A stretch of DNA of 64,000 nt from Octopus sinensis (lineage: Eukaryota). Below are positions 39,441-50,525 of this stretch, piece by piece; position 1 is the stretch's first letter; every line of letters begins with the position of its first letter. The stretch lies in the NCBI RefSeq assembly GCF_006345805.1, contig NC_042998.1:159526001-159590000 (forward strand), read 5' to 3'. The notes below the pieces were generated by a model. It did not search any database and was not told where the DNA came from. It saw nothing but the letters and a program-made list of their open reading frames with translations. The position numbers were made by a program, and so were the translations under genes.

Positions 39441-39878
39441 CTGCTATCAGCATCATCTTCTTGAGTCAAAGATGGAGTCTGTTCATTTATTCACCCTGTG
39501 GAATACCTAAAAAATAACCACACCTTTTTTTGTTTTAAATAAAGGATGACCACATGTGTCCCTCATACATAGGCATGACTGTGTGGTTAAGAAATTTGTC
39601 TCCCAACTACACAGTTTGGGACTCAGTTCTGTTGTGCAGCCCCTTTGGCAAGCATCTTGTTTAACTGATCCAGCCCAACCAAGGCTTTGTGAATGGAAGA
39701 ACCTAGAGAAAGCCTGTCATATATATATATTTAAAATTTATAAATTAGGGTATCTACGAGATATCACCATGCTGAAAATAGCAGCCATGAACCGACTCTA
39801 AAACACTTTAAGTTTTTCCATATAGCAACATGGAGAAAAGACAAAGAGACACGATGAAACTAGTATATTCTACTGACG

Positions 39879-40066
39879 TGCGGGTGGCATGTAAAAAGTA
39901 CCCACTACACTCACGGAGTGGTTGGTGTTAGGAAGGGCATCCAGCCGTAGAAACACTGCCAGATCAGACTGGGCCTGATGCAGCCTTCTGGCTTCACAGA
40001 CCCCAGTTGAACCGTCCAACCCATGCTAGCATGGAAAGCGGACGCTAAATGATGATGATGATGATG
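39879..40066 (+). mobile_element. 5'-truncated retroposon 3' end (RTE-partnered SINE/LINE tail) ending in (GAT)n; related tails at about 37790-37915, 42455-42600, 49400-49462, 63900-64000
   Basis: GGTTGGTGTTAGGAAGGGCATCCAGCCGTAGAAAC...CCCATGCTAGCATGGAAAGCGGACG followed by (GAT)n. Confidence 0.75.
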
Positions 40067-40287
40067 AAGGATAAGATCGTTAATTTAAAATAAAATAATA
40101 AACTCATCAAGTGGTCAGCATGGTAAAAATAATCTTCAAATGTAATGATTATTAAAATTTATAAATTAGGGTATCTACGAGATACCACCATGCTGAAAAT
40201 AGCAGCCATGAACCAACTCTAAAACACCTTAAGTTTTTCCATATAGCAACATGGAGAAAAGACAAAGAGACACGATGAAACTAGTAT

Positions 40288-40329
40288 ATTCTACTGACGA
40301 GGCAAAGCTAGAAATCCGAGACCTAGAAT
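40288..40329 (+). ncRNA. Degenerate hammerhead motif in the loop of a foldback
   Basis: ATTCTA-CTGACGA-GGC aaa GCT-A-GAAA-TCCGAGACC-TAGAAT. Stem I is a perfect 6 bp; there is an extra A before GAAA and a U16.1-to-C change. Confidence 0.5.
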
Positions 40330-40916
40330 TATCCAGTAATTTTACTAATTTCATCTTGTCTCTTAGTCTTTTCTCCATGTTGCTATATGGAAAAACTTAA
40401 GGTGGTTTTAGAGTCGGTTCATGGCTGCTATTTTCAGCATGGTGGTATCTCGTAGATACCCTAATTTCTAAATTTTAATAGTCAGGGAGAAATATTACAT
40501 TGCTTAGAAACAAGGGAAATTTGGGGAGGTGACATGAAGGATATCTGACAACAGAAGAAAAAAAAATCTCCCTTAACAAATTCCATTTGATCCACACAAG
40601 CATGGAAAAGTGAACATTAATATGATGATGATGATGACAATGACAACGATATGATGAAGATGGTGATGGTGGTGGTGGTGGTGGTGGTGCAAGTGATAAA
40701 AGTGGAATGGTGTAATAATATTAGTGACTAAGATGGGTAATTGGTTAGAGTGGTGGGGAAAGAAGTAGTAAAGATGTTGTATAGTAGTAGTAGTAGTAAG
40801 TGTGGAAAAACTAGACCTAAAATTTATATGCATGTGTTCAATCATTCTATATCTATCTGCTTATGGAACAGTAGTATAGATGTTAAGTAAAAAATATACT
40901 ATATTGTATATAATCC

Positions 40917-41445
40917 ATCATCATTGTCATCATCATCATCATCATCTTCTTCTTCTTCTTCTTCTTCTTCTTCTTCTTCTTCTTCTTCTTCTTCTTCTTC
41001 TTCTTCTTCTTCTTCTTCTTCTTCTTCTTCTTCTTCTCCTCCTTCTGCCTCTTCTGCTTCTACTTCCTCATCTTCTTCCTCATCCTCTTCTCCTTCGTCG
41101 TCTTCTCCCTCTTCTGCTTCTACTTCCTCATCTTCCCCATCCTCTTCCTCTTCTACTTCCTCATCTTCTTCTTCTTCTTCTTCTTCTTCTTCTTCTTCTT
41201 CTTCTTCTTCATCTTCTTCCACTTCTTCCTCTTCTACTTACTCATCTTCCTCTTCTTCATCCTCCTCTTTTTCCTCCTTTTCCTTTCCCCTCCTCCTTCT
41301 CTTCATTCCATCACTATTATCATCATCATAATCATTGTCCTACTCCACATCAACATCAAAATTCTCTTCTTCTTCTTCTTCTTCTCTTCTTCTTCTTCTT
41401 CTTCTTCTTCTTCTTCTTCTTCTTTGTCATCATTATCATCATCAC

Positions 41446-41478
<33 letters not shown>

Positions 41479-41480
41479 TA
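40917..41480. repeat. Compound trinucleotide microsatellite (TCA)n/(TCT)n/(TCC)n
   Basis: Direct inspection; source of the poly-L/S/E ORFs. Confidence 0.97.
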
Positions 41481-42699
41481 TAATGATAGAAATGACATGA
41501 GGATGCTGCTCCAGCTATAACTGGTGATAGCCACATTCTAATTGGCATTAATAGAAGCTGGAAACTAACAATAGGAGCTTAGTAATACCAATAGGAGCAG
41601 GACACTATCAATAGGAGACTGAATACCACCACTAGACAATAGATGATATCAGCAGTAGCTATATACCATCAACAGAAACTGGCTACCATCAATAGAAGCT
41701 GAACAGCATCAATTAGTCTCAATAACAACGATAGAATTTGGATACTCTAAATACATGTTATGGGTGTGATTCCAAAGTTCAGGGAGAATTTTGTTCTTGG
41801 ATAAAAGTCGGTCATTTCACAAGCATATGTAAATTAGGGAAGGCCATAACTTTAGTAATGTTCCATAACTTTAGTAACACTTCTATCCACACCAACGGAA
41901 ACAGCAATTACATTAATCAGTTACATGGAAAAGCACTGTCAGTTGTGTGACAATGAATTTATATTTCAGGTTAACGATGGTGATCAACTAAGCCGACATC
42001 AACAAATCAAAGCTGATTGAATAATCACATCGTTCATTATTGATTCTGAAGTAAATTAATTGATAACACAACATTTAATAAAATAAAGGTATTAAACTTT
42101 GAAACAATTATTCAATCATGCAAAACCAATATATTTACCTAAGGCTTGACTGCACCTCTAGCTTTCTTTCAGGTTATTTGTGTGACTCTCAAAATTGGCT
42201 CAATTTGCCATATTCAGAGGATATTCGTTACTAAATCTTTGACTGATGGCTGTTTATTGGGTCATGAAATGATTTCTACTCTTTGCTTGATTAAAATAAT
42301 CTATTTTAATACTCTCTCTCCCTCTCTCTCAATAATTAAATCAGTAAACAATAATTAAATTAGTTAAATACATTCATACCAGTTCCATGTTAAATGCACT
42401 CATGTTGGTGAAGCAAAATGCACTCATGCTAGAGCTGCATAACAGCACCCAGTGGTTGGCATTAGGAAGAGCATCCAGCTGTAGAAACCATGCCAAAATA
42501 GACAATTGGAGCCAAGACAGCTCTCAAGCTGACCAGCTCCTGTCAAACAGTACAACCCCTGCCATCATGGAAAATAGATGTTAAATGATGATGGTGATGA
42601 TTAGAAGGCATTGACAAATTATGAAAGTTTATGTTAAAATTATCAATCAGTCACGATATAAAACCAGGAATACAACCAGTGACGCAAATAGCATTTCAT

Positions 42700-43930
42700 C
42701 AAAAAGAGACAAGTAAGGGAAAGAACTGAATATTTGTTAAATTGGACATCACTGAGAAAGTGAATGACTCCACAATGCGGGGTTCACCTTTGGTTATAGT
42801 ACAAAAGAAAGATGGGATGTATTCGTTTATATGTGGACTTTCTCAGTGCAAATATGGCTACACAAAGGAAACAATATCCAATACCCATTATTGATGAAAT
42901 AATGGAAAATTTGAATGGATCGTGCTTCTTTTCAAAACTGGGTTTTAATATGGGTTTCCACCAAGTAGAATTAAATCCATCATTGTACCATTGCAAGATT
43001 CACTTCATCCAAGCAGTTGATTCTTGAAAAATTCCCAGTATTTGAAGAATTTCAGGAAATTATTAGCTGTGCCTAACATTACATAACATTAAATCACAAG
43101 AAATGTATTTATGGTGTTAGGTGGTAATATTTTGGCTTCATTGCTTCAAAGAGAATAAGATTAATGTTGTGACTTGACTTATTTTAACCCTTTTGTTGCC
43201 ATATTTCTGTTGGAATACACTGCCTCTGTTTCAATTATTTTTTAAATAATGAAGAACTGAGCAAGATGACTTTGCAGCAGCTATTAAGCTGATGTTTGGA
43301 TCATAAATTAATATGAAATTTTGACAGAAGATTTTAATTAGATCACTTTAAAACAAGGAATTTCCATCAAAGAACCAATGGCAGTTTCAGGCAGGTAGGG
43401 ATCAAAAGGATTAAGCATCCCACAATAACAACTAAATTCAGAAGTTTTGTTGGGGATTATACAACTTTCTTGAATTATCTGTACTCCATTTAGTCACCAA
43501 GGCAGATATAGTATAGAAAATTATCAAAAGCAAGAAATTTCAATAGACTTGGAAGCAAAAAGAAATACTTTAGGAATAAATACAATGAATAGCATCACAT
43601 ACAATATTATCACACTTTGACACCAAATAGAAACCTTCTATCAATGTCAACACCAGTTCTATTGGATTGGCCACCATATTGGTAGAGCATAACTCCAAAA
43701 ATGAATGTCATATTATTTCCTACACAACCAAAGCACTTTCAGAATTGAACAAATGTATTCTCATGCTGAAAATAGGCTTTGCAGTGGTGTAGGCATGTGA
43801 AAAATTCCATGCATATCTATATGAAAGTCCATTCATCATCTTCAGTGACCATTAACTACTATTAACATTGTTTAATGGAAAAGGAAAGCTTGATTATAAT
43901 CAAACTGAATAATCATTCAATTGAATAAGG
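42700..43930 (+). pseudogene. Ty3/Gypsy pol remnant (RT N-part and RNase H), no LTRs seen
   Basis: SPLVIVQKKDG..IRLYVDF...YPIPIIDEIMENLNGSCFFSKL...GFHQVEL, followed by SHFDTK...NTSSIGLATIL...ACEKFHAYLYESPFIIFSDH. Confidence 0.85.
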
Positions 43931-46902
43931 CTTCCTAAGGTAAAGGACCTCTTTAAACTATGGCTTTGCTTGAATAAACACTTTAAAGTGGGAATGCGTT
44001 GTAATACTTCAATAAGCTCCTTATCAAACATATTAGAGATACCATTATTAGCATTATTATCCAATTTATAATATTAACAAGTTGTTGCATTCGTTGTTTA
44101 GCTCTAAGTCAGCCTTGATGGAACCGATTGTACTCAAAAGTATTCTAACCCCAATAATTTTATCTTTTTGTTCAGGCATAATGTACATTATCCAAAGTAA
44201 TCTTTTCTTAAAATGGCAGGGTGTAATTTGAGGGAGATTTAACTGCTATTTCTAGCAGGTTGAGTGACCTGTAGAGGTTTCATCATAATGATGTGTCAGA
44301 CTAAATGACCAGGCAGTATTACTGTATTTGATGGCAAGCAAGATCCACAGGCATATTAGACCCATCCCCACCCAGTTTTAGCAGTGCTCATTCTGGAAAA
44401 AGTTTTTGAATGTAATAGCCTTCCTACTGTAAGCACAAGACCTGAAATTTTATGAGAGGGGGCTTGACAATTATATCAATCCCAGTGTTCAACTGGTATT
44501 TATTTCCTCAGCCCCAGAAGGATGAAAGGCAAACTTGAGCTCAACAGAATTTGAACTCAGGATGTAAAGATGGATGAAATTGCTGCTAAGCATGGTCCAG
44601 CTCACCATCTTATCTGTAATATAGGCCCAGCTTCACATACAGGACTGATACGATTTTTTGAGAGAAATTTTTGATGAAATTTGATAGTTTTTGACCTTTT
44701 ATATTCTAAATTCCAATCCTACCTAAATGATTTTCATTCATCACTGTAAATAAGTACCAGTTATATACTTAAAACAACAGAACCGGGTACATTTGTCTCC
44801 TTCACTAAGTCACTATCAATAATTGTAGTATCATTGTTATTCCAAATATCACAATGCCAAGTTGGGAAACAGAGGTTAATATGGTAGATGTTCAGTTTGA
44901 TAACCTGCAGGTCAGTGGCTGAAGGAGAGAAAATAAGAAGACAGAATGAAATTGTTTAGCTTCTGGTCACTACACACTGATCAAACTTGTCATGATCCAA
45001 AGCATTGCAGCAATAGCCAGCCTGTCTTTCTATAAGGTATTGCATATCTGGAATAACATTTTCCATTATGTTCTCCACTATTCAAGACGATGGATGTAAT
45101 TCAAAGGAGATTAAATCATAGTAGTTAGGACATCCAGTTCATAATTGTATGGTCATAAGTTCAATTCCCAGTGTCAGGTTGTGTCTTTGAGTGAGACACT
45201 TTATTTCATGTTGCTCCAGTCCATTCAGCTGGCAAAAATGAGTTGTACCTGTATTTCAATGGGCCAGCCTCATCACATTCTGTGTCATGTTGAATCTCCC
45301 TGAGAACTACATTAAGGGTAAGTGTGTCAGTGGAGTGCTCAGCCACTTGCACGTTAATTTCATGAGCAGGCTGTTCCATTGATTGGATGAACTGGAACAC
45401 TCATCGTCATAACCAGTGGGGTGGCTGATAATCCAGGCAACAGCCTTCCACACAGCTTCTGTCTGCTTGCTTTCACTCACAAAGCTTGGGTTGACCAGAG
45501 ATTATGCTAAAAAATACTTTTACCACACAGTAGCGTTGAACCCAGGACCTCCTGATTGTCAAGCAAACATCTCAACTATTCAGCAACACTACATCTATTT
45601 CCTCCTACATACTAAGCAAAATGTTTTATATTACTGCAGTTGTCCCTACCCACTGCACTACAAGATGTTTGGTGCACACCATTCAACTGGTGATCCCTTT
45701 ACCAGGGATAAATTTTTTATTGCATAATATAATTTATACCTATCCCTGTAGATATATATACATGCATATGGTTAGTATAGTTGTAGACATTTCAGTTGCA
45801 AAGTATAAAGTATCCAAAGTGGTATCCATTTCTTCACAAAGCATTGTTTCAATCAATGGACTTTTAGGTTATGAGTAAACCATACTCCCATTGCACAACT
45901 CTGTTCAGCAGGTGATTAAACAAACATATAATGTATTATTTCTTATATTGTCTGTTCTGGGTTACATTACTTCAATTACATCATTCATCATATGTTATTT
46001 GTTAATTATTTATTTATTTCTATGCATTGGACTGTTTCAAATATCCAAAATATAGTAACTATACAACACATGCTGCAGCACTGAGATGTTAATTTGCTTA
46101 CTGGAAAGCAACATGACATTTCACTCTGCCAATACTCCAAGAGTCATATTTGACAAACTACACACACGAAGGTGCATAGCCTAGTGGTTAGAGTGTTGTG
46201 CTCACAATTATAAGATCATGGGTTTAATTCATGGTCTGGGTGATGCATTGTGTTCTTGAGTGAAACACTTCATTTCATATTGCTCTGCAGGTGGAAGAAT
46301 GGCAGAAACGTTGATGCAGCAGCAGAAATGCTTTGTGGTAGATCTTCTGCTTCTTTACATTCAGAGTTCATATCCCACCTGCCTGGGGAAGGTAATGCAA
46401 AACCACTCCAGTAGTCACCCCAAGTCTAATCATAGTAGCCAAAGTTCCAGTAACTTACTTAATAGCAGCAGGAGAGGGTACAGGCCCAAGTCATATAGAG
46501 AATGCTGGAAAAGGTTCACCTGCACAGGGTCTGCCCAAGCGAAAACCACTGCTTCACTAGACACTTAGATCTAAGCATTGCAAATTTTTCTGGGTGTCCC
46601 TTCATTTGCCATTTTCAGAAGTAAATCAAATCTATGAGTATTTCCCCAGCAAGCAAGTGTGTTAGCTTATAAATTAAGCCAATACTTTAAACTGCAGAAA
46701 ATTATTAACTAATACTTTATTCAATAACTGAATTATAATAGTATATTTGCCTCCTAAATCTAGCTAACCTTTAAGGGTCGATGCTACTGTAGCTTGTAGC
46801 CCCAGGAAGACATATCCTCGAGCTGGCTATTGACATACTATCTGTTCCCTATCAGTATTTGTAATAGGAAATCATTGTTCCCATCTCCAGCCTGATGTAA
46901 TA

Positions 46903-46947
46903 CACACAGGCCCAAGTTTCTGGGTATTAACCCGTCATCAGCATGTG
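46903..46947 (-). ncRNA. Degenerate mirror copy of the 47142 hammerhead
   Basis: Minus strand reads CACATG CTGATGA CGGGT taat ACCCA GAAAC TTGG GCC TGTGTG. The GUC triplet is changed to GCC. Confidence 0.55.
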
Positions 46948-47141
46948 ACAACCACCAGTTGGCGATAGGAAGTGGTTCTCAATGCAAATATATATACTTT
47001 TGCCAGTGACGAAAAGTCACTATCTTGAAAAAGTGGAAACAAGCAATAATAAATCTCTGAGCGAGGTATAAACTTTTCATCACTGGGAAAAGTATATATA
47101 TTTGCATTGAGAACCACTTCCCATTGCTAACTGGTGGTAGT

Positions 47142-47186
47142 CATATGCTGATGACGGGTCAATACCCAGAAACTCGGGTCCATGTG
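47142..47186 (+). ncRNA. Minimal type-I hammerhead ribozyme motif
   Basis: CATATG-CTGATGA-CGGGT caat ACCCA-GAAA-C TCGG GTC-CATGTG. Stem I is 6 bp (one G.U), the core is intact, stem II is GGGT/ACCC with a C.A closing mismatch, and the GUC cleavage triplet ends at 47180. Confidence 0.8.
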
Positions 47187-47620
47187 TATCATGTCAGGCT
47201 GGAGATGGGAACGATGATTTCTCTTTGCAAATACTAATAGGTCACTGATAGTGTGTCAATAGCCAGCTGGAGAAGATGTCTTCCTGGGGCTAAAAGCTAC
47301 AGTAGCATCAACCCTTAAAGGTTAGCCACATTTAAGTGGCAAATATACTTCACGATGTCATGCTGCTACTGTTTATACCTCGCTCAGAGATTTATTATTA
47401 AATTATAATAATCAGGATTTTAAACTCAGAATTTCAATTTGTATTTTACACATCTTTTTTCTAAATATAATTTTATTATTTTTGTGGCATACCTGGCTAC
47501 AGCTTGCAGCAGACCAGTGGGTTGTGGTACCTTGTTTGTGATAACCACAAGTCAGTATCTATGAATATATTCATTTAATGATTCTGTCATTAACAATTTA
47601 GCAGATATGACATAATCTTA

Positions 47621-47660
47621 CTTCTGCTGATGAGCCCAAATAAAGGTGAAACATTTGGAG
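47621..47660 (+). ncRNA. CpG-decayed minimal hammerhead motif
   Basis: CTTCTG-CTGATGA-GCC caaataaa GGT-GAA-ACAT-T-TGGAG. Most deviations fit CG-to-TG/CA decay. Confidence 0.5.
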
Positions 47661-48534
47661 TTATCTCTCATACTATTCTAAGGAAAATGATACTAGGTAC
47701 CAACTAATATATGTATTTTTTTATTTATCTAATATTTATTCTTTTATTAGCTTTTTATATTCCAAGCATTAAATATATTTTTAACATTCTTAACTATTAT
47801 TCATCATATGCATGGCACTTGATAATTATTCAATTTTAGATAATTCTCCCTGCCTTTCTCCTTCTAATCCAACATATATCCCATTCTATACATTAAACTT
47901 AATAATTTAAAACTCATGTTTTATCTTACACCTCAGCTATAAGCATTAAACAAATTATTGATTAGTTAGTTGGTTAGTTAGTTAACCAACTGACTAACAA
48001 TAACGATGTGATATTGAACCAGTGCATGTGTTTACTGTCATTGGCATAATGACCCTCCCAAGACACAAGATTTGTTTCAACACACAAATACACATCAAGA
48101 ATCTTGCAAACTAAATATAAAACCAAAGTAAAATAAGCTGTAGCCAAGCTAGCAAGATGCCAAAAAATACTGGGTTCTGCTGGCTAAAAATCAGAATAAC
48201 CATCCAACAGCTCCACTTCATTAAGAATGCATCACCTCCAGGCAGTATACTAAATCCATTAATTCAGCTGTAAGACAGCTCAGATTATAGAATACCAGGT
48301 AGGAAAATTAAAACACACAATGTTGTTGAACATCAAAAAGAAAATACACACAGAAATAAGCCAGTTACAATAAAGGAAAAGAATTCTGTTACATGAATTG
48401 AAGAACACCATTACACCATATCGAAAAGGTTTTTTCCTACTTAACTATCAGTGGGGATTTAGTTTGACTCTATACATTGTTGTATGTTTCTGATAATAAA
48501 TTGGAAGATAAGAAGATAAATGTGTTTAGTTCAA

Positions 48535-49433
48535 ATATGAGATGTGTTATGTGCTGAGGTGTGATATGATGTATGCTGTGATGTTTGTTATGCAATGTGA
48601 TTGCTATCATGATGCAGTGGGTTATGGTGTCATATACTGTGATATGATGTGTGTTTTAATTTGCTGTGACTTGATGTGATGTACTTTGCTTGTACAGTAA
48701 TGTGCTATATTGAGACGCACTCTGTGGTGGTGTGTGTGCTGTGATGTGTTTTGTGTTGTGATGTTATGTTGTATGGTATATTGCATATTTATATGAGATG
48801 TGTGCTGTGGTGTGATGTAGTGTACTGTGAAATGAAGTGAAGTGATTTGCTTTATGTTATACAGTGTTATGATGTGATGTAATGTGTTGTATCATGATGT
48901 TCTACTACCTGACATAGTGTGTTCTACTGTGGTCTGCTGTGATATGCTCTGATATGCTGTGAATCAACATACTTTTTTAGGATATATAATGTAATGTGAT
49001 GTGTGTGATGTGTTGTACCACAATGTCCTACGATGTGATATGCTGATACATTCTGCTGTGATATACTGTGATGTGCCATGATGTACTGTGCTACAGTGCA
49101 TGCTAATATGGTGTGCTGTGATACACTGTACTCTTATATACTGTGATGTGTTATGTATGTTATGATGTGCTGTGATGGACTGTACTATGATGTGCCATGA
49201 TAAATTGTAAAGTGTTGCAATATACTGTGCTCTGATGTACTGTGATATGACGAATTGTGATATAATGTATTTTTACTGTGATGCAATTTACACTGTATGT
49301 ATTGCTAGATAATCTGCTACACTGAGCCAAGATGTGTGTTAAGCTGTGTCATGTTGTGTCATGCCAGGATGTGATGTGCTACTTGATGGTTATATTGAAC
49401 CTATGCTAGCATGGAAAGTGGACGTTAAACGAC

Positions 49434-49464
<31 letters not shown>

Positions 49465-49720
49465 GTGATATACTATACTGTTATGTTCTGTACTTGTCTG
49501 TACCATGCTGTTAAAGTACTAATAAAGTGTTGTAATTTGTTGTTTTGAGTCCTGTGATGCTATGCTATGATATGATGTGTAGTATGCTATGCTGAGCTGT
49601 GATGTCACATGCTGTTTCTGTAACGTGGTGCAATGTGCTGTACTGATCTGGACTTTTGTGACGTGATGTACAAGGATGTACTATAACATATTGTACTAAT
49701 CTGTATGCTTCTATACTTAA
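48535..49720. repeat. Cryptic ~5-bp-period degenerate satellite (TGTGA/TATGC/TACTG)
   Basis: Recurrent TGTGAT, ATGCTG and TACTGTG words over about 1.2 kb. Confidence 0.75.
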
Positions 49721-50079
49721 TCTTCTTGTATCTAAGCATCTGTCTGTACTATAAAGTTCAAATTAGTAATCATTGATGTAGCTAGGGATTTTCTATTTGC
49801 TTCATTGATATTATTTGGTGTAGTTTGTGCTGGGAAAGAAGAGGTCAAGTTTCATAAACATCTGCATATCAAAACAGGCTGCTGTAATATGGCACAGCTA
49901 TCCAATGTGTTAGTGGTGTTGGTGGCAGTTATGGCAGTGGTGGTGGTAGTGATAAATTATATTATCTGTGTGGTTAATGGGAGTGATGGGAATGGTGTGA
50001 GTGTGTGTGTGTGTGTGGTAATGGTGGTGGTGGGGGTAGCTGTGTTAATTATAGCAAAGACATAAACTACAGTGACAAT

Positions 50080-50311
50080 CCTGATGTGAATGTTGATGAT
50101 GACAACAACAGACAATAATCATAATTATTATAGCAGTAACAGAGTGGGACGATGGTTACAGTAGTGATGGGGGAGGGGGTAGCAGCAGCAGTGGGAGCAA
50201 GGGTGAAGGCAGAAGCAGAGGTGGGGGCAGCAGTGGTGGTGGACACAGTGGGGGTGGATGTATCGGCATAAGACGTGGTGGTGGAGGTGGCAGAGGCAGC
50301 AACAGAGGTGA

Positions 50312-50371
<60 letters not shown>

Positions 50372-50387
50372 CAGCAGCAGCAGTAGC

Positions 50388-50422
<35 letters not shown>

Positions 50423-50525
50423 GTCTAATGATATTTATTGAACAAATGATGTTTATTATTACAGATGACAATGATTTTAGTTGGAATGTGGACGGTGGTG
50501 GTGGTGGTGGTGGAGGAGGAGGAGG
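50080..50525. repeat. Compound (GTA)n/(GCA)n/(GGT)n low-complexity tract
   Basis: Direct inspection. Confidence 0.93.

Larger units (their letters stand above)
39731..40479. repeat. Three copies of a ~130-148-bp unit: direct 39731-39878 and 40152-40299, inverted 40349-40479
   Basis: The TTAAAATTTATAAATTAGGGTATCTACGAGAT...GAGACACGATGAAA block is repeated and then reverse-complemented. Confidence 0.92.
46740..47399. repeat. Foldback with ~278-bp arms (46740-47017 / 47072-47349) plus a nested perfect 29-bp inverted pair (47045-47073 / 47371-47399)
   Basis: Direct reverse-complement comparison; about 10 mismatches in the first ~98 bp compared. Confidence 0.92.
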
